This document shows, piece after piece, positions 1 through 9,294 of a stretch of 64,000 nt of DNA; position 1 is the stretch's first letter, and each line of letters starts with the position of its first letter. Under the pieces are notes generated by a model. That model was not told the DNA's origin and ran no database searches. It was given only the letters and a program-made list of their open reading frames with translations. This DNA comes from Dehalococcoidia bacterium (GTDB lineage Bacteria; Chloroflexota; Dehalococcoidia; Lucifugimonadales; UBA3495), in the NCBI GenBank assembly GCA_030740155.1, contig JASLXV010000032.1:32001-96000 (forward strand), read 5' to 3'. Position numbers and translations under genes: made by a program.

Positions 1-391
1 CTGCCCCGGGCTCGGATAGCCCCACCGAGATCCTCAGGTCACCGTTCAGAGTGGGGTACAGGTACTTTTCCTTGATGTAATCACTGGCACTGAAGAGCAT
101 CGCCGGAAAGACGATGGTGTCGAAAATCCGGCCGGTGAGCCAGGTCTTGTGGGTCTCGGTTTCAACCAGGAACATGCCCAGGGTGTCGAGCCCGCCACCT
201 CCGAACTTCTCGGGCACTCCCAGGTTCCACAGCCCCAGCTCTTTCACCTTTTCCCTTAGGGGCAGCCGAATCTCGTCGGGCAGCTCAAAGTCGTCATGGT
301 AATCCCGCTCGTAGGGGATGATCTCGGTTTCCACGAACTTGCGGACGGTGGTCTGCACCATCCGCAGTTCTTCGGGTATCTTTAGATCCAT
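1..391 (-). CDS. Acyl-CoA dehydrogenase, N-terminal part (runs off window start)
   Basis: Hand translation from ATG at 391 gives MDLKIPEELRMVQTTVRKFVETEIIPYERDYHDDFELPDEIRLPLREKVKELGLWNLG..., a close paralog of 632-1780; absent from the ORF track because it is truncated. Confidence 0.9.
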   Translation of the reverse strand, partial: MDLKIPEELRMVQTTVRKFVETEIIPYERDYHDDFELPDEIRLPLREKVKELGLWNLGVPEKFGGGGLDTLGMFLVETETHKTWLTGRIFDTIVFPAMLFSASDYIKEKYLYPTLNGDLRISVGLSEPGA

Positions 392-440
392 CACTTCCTC
401 TTCACAAATCTAGTTTCCAAGTATCCAAGCCAAGAGCTTG

Positions 441-536
441 AGTGCCGGCCCCAGCGGTCCTTCGACAGGCTCAGGACGAACGGATAAGGTGCTCCCGCTC
501 CGTTCGTGGTGAGCTTGTCGAACCACACTTTGGGAT
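441..536 (+). repeat. REP/MITE-like palindromic element, copy 1 of 3
   Basis: CCTTCGACAGGCTCAGGACGAACGG...CCGTTCGTGGTGAGCTTGTCGAACC inverted arms; near-identical reverse complement of 6350-6445 and 9171-9266. Confidence 0.85.
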
Positions 537-631
537 AGTTCCCAAGCCGTTATTTGGCACGCTGCAATATGATGTCCCCTAGGGACTCGGCAAAACCAAT
601 TTCATGAGACCACCGCCCTCCGGAGCGGGGC

Positions 632-1780
632 CTACTCCGTTACCTTGCGGTATCCCCTCAGGAGGTTGCGGGCCACGATCCAGCGGTGAATGTCGTTCGG
701 ACCCTCGATTATCTGTATCGCCCGCACGTCGCGGTACAGCCGCTCCAGGGGCAGGTCTTTGGAGTAACCCGCGGCCCCGAAGATCTGAATGGCCCGGTCG
801 ATGACTCGGGCCGCCATCTCGGAGACGTAGAACTTGCCCATGGATAGCTCTTGTCTGACGTCCTGGCCGTTGTCGATTTTCCAGGCCAGGTCGACCATCA
901 TCGTCCGTGAGGCGTGGATCTCCACCATCGATTCCGCCAGCTTGCATTGGACCATCTGGCGGTTGGCCAGGGGCTCGCCGAAGGTGGAGCGTTGGTTGGC
1001 GTAGTCCACGGCCATCTCCAGGGCCCGCTCCGCTGGGCCGATGGACCAGGCAAGGTTCCTGACCCGGGTCCGCGACAGGTGTACCTGAGAGTCTCCCCAT
1101 CCCTTGCCTTCCGAGGTAAGGCGGTTAACGGAGGGCACCACGCAGTCCTCGAAATGGGACTCGGATGTCTCGGAGAACCCCATCATGTAGAGGGGGCGGA
1201 CTACGAAGCCCGGGGTGTTCCGGTCGACGATGAATAGGTTGATTCCCTCCCGCCGCTGGGTGCCCTTCATCCGGGCCTGAACGATCATGTAGTCGCACTT
1301 GTGGCCCCACCCGTTCCACATCTTGGCGCCGTTGAGGACGTAGTTATCCCCATCAAGTTTTGCGTTGGTGGTGATGCCGGCCAGGTCTCCTCCGGCCCCG
1401 GGCTCGGTGAGACCCCAAGCGCCTCGCAGCTCCCCACGAAGGGTGGGATACAGGTACTTTTCCTTGAGATAGCCACTGGCCCCATAGAGCAGAGGATTGG
1501 CCCCGGACTCGAACAGCCTGGTGGAAAGCCAGGTCTTGCGGGTCTCGTTCTCCGCGAGGAGCACGCCCAAAGTGTTGAGGCCGCCACCTCCGAACTCGGT
1601 AGGCGTGCCCAGATTCCACAGCCCCAGTTCCTTCACTTTCTCCCTTAGCGGCAACCTGATCTCGTCGGGGAGCTCGAAATCGTCGTGGTAATCCCGCTCG
1701 TAAGGGATAATCTCGTTCTCCACGAACTTGCGGACGGTGGCCTGCACCATCCATAGTTCTTCAGGTATGGTCAAATCCAT
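632..1780 (-). CDS. Acyl-CoA dehydrogenase
   Basis: AWGLTEPGAGGD, LNGAKMW, YANQRSTFG, AIQIFGAAGY and IIEGPNDI motifs; start placed at MDLTIPEE by alignment with the neighbouring paralog. Confidence 0.95.
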   Translation of the reverse strand: MDLTIPEELWMVQATVRKFVENEIIPYERDYHDDFELPDEIRLPLREKVKELGLWNLGTPTEFGGGGLNTLGVLLAENETRKTWLSTRLFESGANPLLYGASGYLKEKYLYPTLRGELRGAWGLTEPGAGGDLAGITTNAKLDGDNYVLNGAKMWNGWGHKCDYMIVQARMKGTQRREGINLFIVDRNTPGFVVRPLYMMGFSETSESHFEDCVVPSVNRLTSEGKGWGDSQVHLSRTRVRNLAWSIGPAERALEMAVDYANQRSTFGEPLANRQMVQCKLAESMVEIHASRTMMVDLAWKIDNGQDVRQELSMGKFYVSEMAARVIDRAIQIFGAAGYSKDLPLERLYRDVRAIQIIEGPNDIHRWIVARNLLRGYRKVTE

Positions 1781-1872
1781 GATTCCCCGCCTCCCTGCGG
1801 CTTTTTCCGTGAGATCGGCCGACGCCGCGCAAAACCCCGCCACCCGCCGGTTTGGAGCTTCTTGGCAAGGGC

Positions 1873-1908
1873 CAGGGAAACCCTTTCTCGAAAGGGAGGG
1901 TTTCCCTG
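1873..1908. repeat. Intergenic inverted repeat (GGGAAACCCT...AGGGTTTCCC family)
   Basis: CAGGGAAACCCT...AGGGTTTCCCTG stem; resembles 37756-37793. Confidence 0.65.
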
Positions 1909-1941
1909 ACGTCCCGCTGCTAGGGATTGCCCGCCGAGGGC

Positions 1942-3147
1942 CTAGGCCACGGCCTGAGCCTCTTTCATACTGCTTATGTCGCCCGGAACGTAGCCCAGTT
2001 CCTTCAGAATCTCATCGGTTTGCGCGCCGGACTCGGGCGCGGGCGTAAAGTTGGTGAGTCCGGGCGTGTCCGAGAAGCCGATGGGCACGCCTATCTGGCG
2101 TATCTTGCCCAGCACCGGGTCGTCGAGTTCCCCTACCATTCCCCGTTGCACGATCTGGGGGTCATTCAAGGCTTCGTCGATGGTGTAAACCTTGCCGATG
2201 CAGATGTTGTGGTCCTTCAAAAGGTCCCACCATTCGTCCCTGGTCCGGGTCATGAAGATTCTCTCCAGCTCCCGGTGCACCTCGTCCCACTCCTCGGTGG
2301 GGGGAGCGTCCTGATGCTCGGGGGCTTGCTTCCAGGGGAGCAGGTCCTCCCGCTCGATGACGCGGCAGAAGTTCTCCCAGAAGTGGTGCTCGATGCACCC
2401 GATGGTGAACCACTTCCCATCCTTGGTCTCGTAGGCGCTGTAGTAAGGGTAGGAGCCGGCGGTGGCGGGCTCCCCCCGCTTGGGGCCTACACCTTCCAGG
2501 ATGTGGCTGTAGAGGGCACCGGAGCCGCTCATGATGCTGACCACCCCATAGACGTAGGACACATCGAGATGTTGGCCCTTTCCCGTTTGCTGCCGGGCCA
2601 TCAGCGCGGCCAGGACCGCGATGACTCCGTGCAGGGATGCCGACGAGAGGTCGGCGATCAGGTTGAGGGGCTCGACCGGCGGGCCGCCCCGGGTGCCGAG
2701 CATGTCCAGGACACCGGACATGGCCATGTAGTTCAGGTCGTGGCCGGGGAGGTGGCTGTAAGGCCCGGTCTGACCGTAGCCGCTGAGCGAGCAGTAGACG
2801 ATCCGGGGGTTGATGGCTCGGATCGTGTCGTAATCCACGCCCAGCCGCTTGGCGATCCCCGGCCTGTACCCTTCCACCACCACGTCGGCCGTGGCGGCCA
2901 GCTTTTGGAAAACCTCCTGGCTGGCGGCCTGCTTCAGGTCAAGGACGATGCTCTTCTTGTTGCGGTCGAGCCCCTGGCGTCGAATCCTTTGCTCCCGGTC
3001 GGTGCCCCGGGACCCTCGAACGGGGTCGTCGGGCCCATCGATCTTGATCACCTCGGCGCCCATGTCCGCCATCAGCCTGGTACAGAAGGCGCCGGGACCC
3101 ACCCGGGTCAACTCCAGGATTCGTATTCCATTCATTGGTGCAGTCAT
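1942..3147 (-). CDS. Class III CoA-transferase (CaiB/BaiF family)
   Basis: ADMGAEVIKID, RNKKSIVLDLK, ADVVVEGYRPG, SLSGYGQTGPY, GHDLNY; Asp at the catalytic position (LIADLSS). Confidence 0.95.
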   Translation of the reverse strand: MTAPMNGIRILELTRVGPGAFCTRLMADMGAEVIKIDGPDDPVRGSRGTDREQRIRRQGLDRNKKSIVLDLKQAASQEVFQKLAATADVVVEGYRPGIAKRLGVDYDTIRAINPRIVYCSLSGYGQTGPYSHLPGHDLNYMAMSGVLDMLGTRGGPPVEPLNLIADLSSASLHGVIAVLAALMARQQTGKGQHLDVSYVYGVVSIMSGSGALYSHILEGVGPKRGEPATAGSYPYYSAYETKDGKWFTIGCIEHHFWENFCRVIEREDLLPWKQAPEHQDAPPTEEWDEVHRELERIFMTRTRDEWWDLLKDHNICIGKVYTIDEALNDPQIVQRGMVGELDDPVLGKIRQIGVPIGFSDTPGLTNFTPAPESGAQTDEILKELGYVPGDISSMKEAQAVA

Positions 3148-3234
3148 ATTCCCCTCCTTCAGTATTTCCTTGGTGAAGAGCCCGGGGCCCTTTCGAGAAA
3201 CGACTCCCCTCGCCCCCGGCTTGCGGCTTCCGGG

Positions 3235-4719
3235 TTAGATTATAGCCTCCTGATTTCGGAGGGCGGTCTGTAGGACTTCCACGTCCAGGTCTCTGGGGGT
3301 CGTGCCCTCCTGAGCCGCCAGGGCCGCGGCGGCGCCCGCGGCGTGGCCGGTGGTCATGCACACGGACTGTTGCCGGACGGAAGCCTGAGCTATGTGATCG
3401 GCGGATATGCACCGGCCGGCGGTGAGCAGCCCCTCCACGTCTTTCGGCAGGAGGGCCCGGTATGGAATGTGGAACCAGCCCTTTTCGCCTCCGACCTCAC
3501 GCAGATCGGTGGGCTTTGTTCCGCCGTCCTCGTCGTGGATGTCAACGTAGGCCCCGCAGCGGCCAACGGCGTCCATGAACTCCCGCCCTTCCATCGCGTC
3601 CGCCTCGGTCAGGATGTAATCCCCGGTGATGCGCCGGCTCTCCCGGATTCCGAACATGGGCGCGGAGAGCAGCAGATAGCAGTTCTCGTAGCCGGGAATG
3701 TATTTGCGGTAGAAGGCGACCATCCCCAGAATGAACTTCCTGGAGGCCATGATGGCCTGGGCCAGCTCCTTTCGGTTGGTGGGCATGATGCCGAACGAGG
3801 TGTCCATGTTGTGGGCGGTGATGTAGGGGTCGGCCCGGCCGCCCCGCCAGATGGTGCGGAAGGGCCCCAGTTGAAAGACCGGACCCTTGGCGCCCAGGGC
3901 CACCGGGAAGTCGCCGTTTTCGATGGCCTGGTGATGCACCTTCTTGAACCCCTGGAACATCAGGGGCATGCCGGCCTTCAACCTTTGCTCCAGCACCTCG
4001 GGGGTGCTCTTGCTGGCGGAACTCTCCCGGCGAAGCTCGTCGGGGTTCTCCTTGAAGTAGTTCAGGACGCCCTGGATGTTCACGCCACCCACCAGGAAGT
4101 AGAGACTGGACGCCTGGGGACGGCCATCCGACGCGCGCCCCACCTCGAAGGGCGCCCCGGCCCGGTGGGCCACCGCGCCGTCGCCGGAGCAATCCACCAC
4201 CACCTTGGCCCAGATGACGTTCAGGCCGCCGTTGGTGGAAACCAGCACCCCGGCCACCCGGTTGCCGTCCATCACCACATCGACGAACTGGGCGCTGAAC
4301 CAGATGTCGACCCCGGCGTCGGTCATCATATCTTCCATGACCACCTTGGTCAGCTCATGGTCGAAATTCAGCTTGACGGTGGGATCGTCTTTCTTCCCCC
4401 AGGCGCCTCCCAATCCGATGAGCCGGTTGAGGAACTCCTGGGCCACGCCCCGGACCAGCGGGTCCCCTTCGTAGGATATCTCCTGGTCTTCGGTGGCAAT
4501 GCCCTGGTGGCGGAAGCCGGCGCTTCCCAGGACCATTGCCCCGGTCATGGTGCCGCCCAGGAACGGCAGGCTCTCCACGAGGGTGGTGCGTGCCCCTTTC
4601 CGGGCGGAGGCATAGGCCGCGGCCCATCCGGCGGTCCCGCCGCCGACCACCACCACATCGGTCTCTTCCTCTGATTCAATGGACGCGCTCAAGTGTTGCA
4701 TATTGGTCAGGGCAACCAT
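3235..4719 (-). CDS. FAD-dependent oxidoreductase (FAD_oxidored-like family)
   Basis: DVVVVGGGTAG Rossmann motif, VVDCSGDG, GIRESRRITGDY, IPYRALLP, AGRCIS; AGGAGG RBS before ATG 4719. Confidence 0.9.
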   Translation of the reverse strand: MVALTNMQHLSASIESEEETDVVVVGGGTAGWAAAYASARKGARTTLVESLPFLGGTMTGAMVLGSAGFRHQGIATEDQEISYEGDPLVRGVAQEFLNRLIGLGGAWGKKDDPTVKLNFDHELTKVVMEDMMTDAGVDIWFSAQFVDVVMDGNRVAGVLVSTNGGLNVIWAKVVVDCSGDGAVAHRAGAPFEVGRASDGRPQASSLYFLVGGVNIQGVLNYFKENPDELRRESSASKSTPEVLEQRLKAGMPLMFQGFKKVHHQAIENGDFPVALGAKGPVFQLGPFRTIWRGGRADPYITAHNMDTSFGIMPTNRKELAQAIMASRKFILGMVAFYRKYIPGYENCYLLLSAPMFGIRESRRITGDYILTEADAMEGREFMDAVGRCGAYVDIHDEDGGTKPTDLREVGGEKGWFHIPYRALLPKDVEGLLTAGRCISADHIAQASVRQQSVCMTTGHAAGAAAALAAQEGTTPRDLDVEVLQTALRNQEAII

Positions 4720-5005
4720 GGTTTCCTCCTGTGCCCAGCGGTTCTCTCCTTTGAGAGACACCGCGTTCGATGTCTATTAATCTCACCCGCCGCGACCGGC
4801 GACGGGCCACATGCGATACCATTTCGAACCGTTACGTCATTTCGCGACGTGAAAATCAGGCCCGCCCCCGCCCAAGGCCCCGCGAGCCGGCTGGGAAGCT
4901 CCTTTTGGCCCAAAGCAAACGGAGATATGGGAGATTCATCCTCGAGAGCCTTGACTGGGCCGGACCTGCCGAGGGACGGACGGAGTCTTCTGGAAGCGGT
5001 CCCGT

Positions 5006-6223
5006 TCACTCGATGACGCCCTCTTCCACCAGCCGGGCAATTTCCCCGTCGGAGAGGCCCAGGAGTTCGGAATAAACGTAGCCGTTGGCCTTGCCCAGGG
5101 ATGGCGCCGGGCGCCGGAAGCGGGCCGGGGTTTCGCTCAGGAAAGCGGGCGAGGCCTCGTAGGTGAAATCTCTAACCTCGGGGTCCTCCACGTCCCAGAA
5201 GTGCCCCCGGTGGCGTAGCTGGGGTTCAGCCCTCACTTGGGCGCTGTCGAGGGAGATACCGACCGGAACGCCGGCCGCCTGCAGCACGGTGGCGGTCTCC
5301 TCGGCATCTCTTTGCTCGGTCCAATTCTCGATCAGCCGGTCCAGTTCATCGGTGTGCCCGCGCCGATTTGATTCCGTGGAGAACCGCTCTTCACGGGTCC
5401 AGGCCGGGTTGCCCAACACCCGGCAAAATGCCAGCCATTGCTCCTCGTTGAAGACGGTGATGGCGCACCAGCGGTCATCGCCCTGGCAACGGTAGACGCC
5501 GTGGGGAGAGGCTTCGGGGTCGCTGTTCCCCCGGCGGGTCTGAACCCTGCCGTTGGCGCTGTAATCCATTATCGCGGTGCCCAGCAGGTCAATGGCGGCC
5601 TCGAAATCCGAGGCGTCGATGAACTGGCCCTTGCCCGTCCGGTTGCGGTACTCCAGGGCGGCCATGACCGCCGTAACCCAGACCGGGGGCAGGAAGTGGT
5701 CGGTCAGCGCTCCTCCGGGAGACATGGGTTCCCTCTCCGGCCAGCCGGTGACCTTGTAGAGCCCGGTCATCGCGGCCAGGACCGGGCCGTGGCCCCGGAA
5801 GTTCTGGTAGGGCCCGGACTGGCCGGCCAGAGACATTGCTATCATGATAATGTCCGGCTTGACCTTCTTCAACTCATCGTAGCCCAGCCCCAGATTGTCG
5901 ATGGCCCTCACGGTCCAATTCTCCGCGACGATGTCGGCAACCTTCACCAGGCCTTTGGCCAATTCCATCCCTTCCGGGCGTTTCAGGTTCAGCTGGATCC
6001 CCCTCTTGTTCTGGTTGTACCGGTGGAACATCACGGCCTTATCGGCGTCCGGAGGGCCGCCCACCCAGGGTCCGTGCCGGCGCATGACGTCCAAACGGGT
6101 GGATGTCTCCACTTTGATCACTTCGGCCCCGAAGTCGGCGAAGTGATGGGTGGTCAACGGGCCGACTCCTGCTATGGAGAAATCTATGACCCTGATGCCT
6201 TCCAACGCCTGCTTTGGGTTCAT
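5006..6223 (-). CDS. Class III CoA-transferase, probable catalytic subunit (BbsF-like)
   Basis: ADFGAEVIKVE, NQNKRGIQLNLK, ADIVAENW, GGALTDH with Asp; paralog of 7834-9051. Confidence 0.92.
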   Translation of the reverse strand: MNPKQALEGIRVIDFSIAGVGPLTTHHFADFGAEVIKVETSTRLDVMRRHGPWVGGPPDADKAVMFHRYNQNKRGIQLNLKRPEGMELAKGLVKVADIVAENWTVRAIDNLGLGYDELKKVKPDIIMIAMSLAGQSGPYQNFRGHGPVLAAMTGLYKVTGWPEREPMSPGGALTDHFLPPVWVTAVMAALEYRNRTGKGQFIDASDFEAAIDLLGTAIMDYSANGRVQTRRGNSDPEASPHGVYRCQGDDRWCAITVFNEEQWLAFCRVLGNPAWTREERFSTESNRRGHTDELDRLIENWTEQRDAEETATVLQAAGVPVGISLDSAQVRAEPQLRHRGHFWDVEDPEVRDFTYEASPAFLSETPARFRRPAPSLGKANGYVYSELLGLSDGEIARLVEEGVIE

Positions 6224-6349
6224 GGGACACCTCTGCTGCGTGATTTGCCGCGAGCATGCCTGCTTAACCCCTGCCGGTGGCCCAGCCCGCCGCCGGTGGC
6301 TGGTGGCCGGTGGTTGGCGCCGCCGCTTTGCCTGAACCACTGAATATCG

Positions 6350-6445
6350 ATCTCAAAAGGTGGTTCGACAAGCTCACCACGAACGGAGCAGGAGCGCGCT
6401 ATCCGTTCGTCCTGAGCCTGTCGAAGGACCGCTGGAGTCGGCACT
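6350..6445 (-). repeat. REP/MITE-like palindromic element, copy 2 of 3
   Basis: Core identical to 9171-9266; inverted relative to 441-536. Confidence 0.85.
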
Positions 6446-6473
6446 AAAGGTTTTGTGATAGTCGCTGAGGCCG

Positions 6474-7733
6474 CTATACGATCCCTTGTTTTCGCAGTTC
6501 CGTCAGCTCAGCTGGGGAGACCTCAAGCTCCCCAACCAGTATCTCCTCGTTGTGCTCGCCGATGAGCGGGGCCCTTCGCCAGATTCGCCAGGGGCTTTCT
6601 TCCATACGGAAGGGGGGACCCTGACAGGGCAGCTCGGTTTCCAACTCCGGGTGCTCCAAGTGGACGAAGTATTCGCGCTCCCGGAGGTGCTGGTCCTGGT
6701 ACACTTGGTCCGGCCCCTTGACCGCGCACACCTGGATGCCCCGGCCCTGGCCCGCCTCCACCAGCCGGTCCCGTTGATGGTTCAAGGCGAATGCCTCGAA
6801 CAGTTCGTACATTCGGGCGCGCTGCGAGTCGGTGAATTCGCCGCCCTCCTCGAATACGTCGTGCCACTCTTCCCCGTACAGCTCCTGCCCCACGCCTTCG
6901 CCAGACATCCACTCGCGCACCTGCCGGCGATCGGGCCAGTAGGTGACGTAGGAGGTGATGTAACCGTCCTGACAGGCGAATAGGCGCCGCTCGTACCGGA
7001 TACCGGGAAGATAGGGCCCCGAAGGGTCCCGTTTTCCCACGACGCCGTGGCTCTTGTAGACGACGGAGGTGGTCTGCGTGGCCGCCATCATGCTCTCCTG
7101 GGCCGACACGTCCACATACTGCCCTTCCCCGGTCTGCTGGCGATGGAAGTGGGCCATCATGGTGCCCACGCAGGCGTAGCTGCCGGTCATCAGCTCCGTC
7201 ACCGGCAGGCTCACTTGGACCGGCGGCAGGTCGGGAGAGCCGGTGCCCTGGAGGAAGCCGCTCATGGCGCTGGCCACCAGATGCCCGCCTTGCCAGGAAG
7301 CCCTGGGCCCCTGGCTCCCGAAGGGCGCGATGGCGGTCCACACCAGGGAGGGGTTCTCCTGCTTGAGGCTTTCATAGCCGATACCGAGGCTGTCCAGATA
7401 GCCGGGCGGGAAACACTCGAGAACGAAGTGGGCCGTTTGGACCAGCCGGCGGAAGAGCCGCCGGCCGGGCTCGGACTCAAGATCGAGGGTTACGCTGCGC
7501 TTGTTCACGTTGTACAGGAGCCAGAACAGGCTGCGCTCCGGGTGGGGCGAGTCATGGTAGAACGGGCCGCGGCGGCGCATGGCATCGCCCCCGGGCGGCT
7601 CGATCTTGATTACGTCGGCGCCCAGGCAACCCAGCATCCGGCCGCTGAAGACGCCCAACTCGTTGGTGAGGTCCAGGACCCGGTAGGGCCCTAGGGCGGT
7701 TTCGTCGCGGTTGACCACGTTCTCCTTTCCCAT
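6474..7733 (-). CDS. Class III CoA-transferase, partner subunit (BbsE-like)
   Basis: LGADVIKIEPPGGD, NVNKRSVTLDL, DVSAQE, RAPLIGEHN; Glu rather than Asp at the apparent catalytic position (PVTELMTG). Confidence 0.92.
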   Translation of the reverse strand: MGKENVVNRDETALGPYRVLDLTNELGVFSGRMLGCLGADVIKIEPPGGDAMRRRGPFYHDSPHPERSLFWLLYNVNKRSVTLDLESEPGRRLFRRLVQTAHFVLECFPPGYLDSLGIGYESLKQENPSLVWTAIAPFGSQGPRASWQGGHLVASAMSGFLQGTGSPDLPPVQVSLPVTELMTGSYACVGTMMAHFHRQQTGEGQYVDVSAQESMMAATQTTSVVYKSHGVVGKRDPSGPYLPGIRYERRLFACQDGYITSYVTYWPDRRQVREWMSGEGVGQELYGEEWHDVFEEGGEFTDSQRARMYELFEAFALNHQRDRLVEAGQGRGIQVCAVKGPDQVYQDQHLREREYFVHLEHPELETELPCQGPPFRMEESPWRIWRRAPLIGEHNEEILVGELEVSPAELTELRKQGIV

Positions 7734-7833
7734 TTGGGGGTCAGTTCCAACTGACCGGAAAATTCACCATCCGCTTTTGGACCGGCTCTGGGCCAGTTGA
7801 AGGTGGGGGTGGTGATCGCCAGGGTAGTATCTT

Positions 7834-9051
7834 TTACTCTACGACGCCCTCTTCCACCAGGCGGGCGAACTCCCCGTCCGACAGGCCCAGAAGCTCCGAG
7901 TAGACGTAGCCGTTGGCCTCGCCCAGGGTTGGCGCCGTGGACCGGTAGCGCGCGGGGGTTTCATCCAAAAGGCAAGGCGGGGACTCGTAGGTGAACCGGC
8001 TCGCCCGAGGATCGTCCAGGCCCCAGAAGTGCCCCCGGTAGGCTAGCTGGGGGTCATCCCACAGCTGAGCGCCGTCGAGGGAGACGCCGGCAGGCACGCC
8101 GGCTTCCTGTAGAACGGTTGCGGCGTCCTCGGCGCTTTTCTCCCGGGTCCAGAGTTCCACCAGAAGGTCCAGCTCATCGGCATGCTCGTGCCGCTGTGCT
8201 TCGGTGGAGAACCGCCCTTCTTGGGTCCAGGGCGGATTGCCCATCACGTGACAGAAGGCCAGCCATTGCTCCTCGTTGAACACCGTGATGGCGCACCAGC
8301 GGTCATCGCCCTGGCAGCGGTACACGCCATGGGGCGCGGCGTCGGGGTCCCGGTTTCCCCGGCGGGTTTGGACGTGGCCGTTGGCGCTGAAGTCAACAAT
8401 CGCGGTACCTAGTAAGTCCAGGGCGGACTCGAAGTCCGACGCGTCGATGAACTGGCCCTTGCCCGTCCGGTCCCGGTACTCCAGGGCGGCCATAACCGCC
8501 GTCACCCACACGGGGGGCAGGTAGTAGTCGGTCAGGGCGCCTCCGGGGGACATGGGCTCCCCATCCGGCCAGCCGGTGAATTCGTAGAGGCCGGTCATGG
8601 CGGCCAAGACCGGCCCGTGTCCCCGGAAGTTCTGGTAAGGCCCGGACTGGCCCGCCAGAGACATCGCGATCATGATGATGTCGGGTTTGACCTTCTTCAA
8701 CTCCGCGTAGCTCAGCCCCAGCTTGTTGATTGCCCTCACGGTCCAGTTCTCCGCCACCACGTCGGCAACACTGACCAGTCTTTTGGCCAGCTCCGCTCCT
8801 TCAGGCCGCTTCAGGTTCAGCTGGATACCCCTCTTGTTCTGGTTGAACCGGTGGAACATCACGGCCTTGTCGACATTCGCCGTGTCCCCCACCCAGGGAC
8901 CGTGCCTGCGCATGACGTCCAGCCGCGTGGAGGACTCCACTTTGATGACCTCGGCCCCGAAGTCGGCGAAATGGTGGGTAGTCAGAGTGCCGACCCCGGC
9001 GATGGAGAAGTCGATGACCCTAACACCTTCCAGCGCTTGCCTCGAGTCCAT
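7834..9051 (-). CDS. Class III CoA-transferase, probable catalytic subunit (BbsF-like)
   Basis: Paralog of 5006-6223 (GGALTDY); start at MDSRQALEG by paralog alignment. Confidence 0.92.
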   Translation of the reverse strand: MDSRQALEGVRVIDFSIAGVGTLTTHHFADFGAEVIKVESSTRLDVMRRHGPWVGDTANVDKAVMFHRFNQNKRGIQLNLKRPEGAELAKRLVSVADVVAENWTVRAINKLGLSYAELKKVKPDIIMIAMSLAGQSGPYQNFRGHGPVLAAMTGLYEFTGWPDGEPMSPGGALTDYYLPPVWVTAVMAALEYRDRTGKGQFIDASDFESALDLLGTAIVDFSANGHVQTRRGNRDPDAAPHGVYRCQGDDRWCAITVFNEEQWLAFCHVMGNPPWTQEGRFSTEAQRHEHADELDLLVELWTREKSAEDAATVLQEAGVPAGVSLDGAQLWDDPQLAYRGHFWGLDDPRASRFTYESPPCLLDETPARYRSTAPTLGEANGYVYSELLGLSDGEFARLVEEGVVE

Positions 9052-9170
9052 GGGACACCTCTGCTGCGTGATTTGGCGCGACAATGCCTGCTCAACCCCT
9101 GCCGGTGGCCCGGCCCGCCGCCGGTGGCAGGTGGTTGGCGCCACCAATTGCCCTGAACCACTGAATATCG

Positions 9171-9266
9171 ATCTCAAAAGGTGGTTCGACAAGCTCACCA
9201 CGAACGGAGCAGGAGCGCGCTATCCGTTCGTCCTGAGCCTGTCGAAGGACCGCTGGGGTCGGCACT
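9171..9266 (-). repeat. REP/MITE-like palindromic element, copy 3 of 3
   Basis: Core identical to 6350-6445. Confidence 0.85.
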
Positions 9267-9294
9267 AAAGTTTCTGTGATAGTCGCTGAGGCCG

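Noticed and set aside
1927..4674. Long plus-strand ORFs (448 and 443 aa) and many similar ORFs across the window, e.g. 26017-27453 and 38783-40297
   Set aside because: They are antisense shadows of well-supported genes, expected in high-GC DNA, and carry no family motifs.
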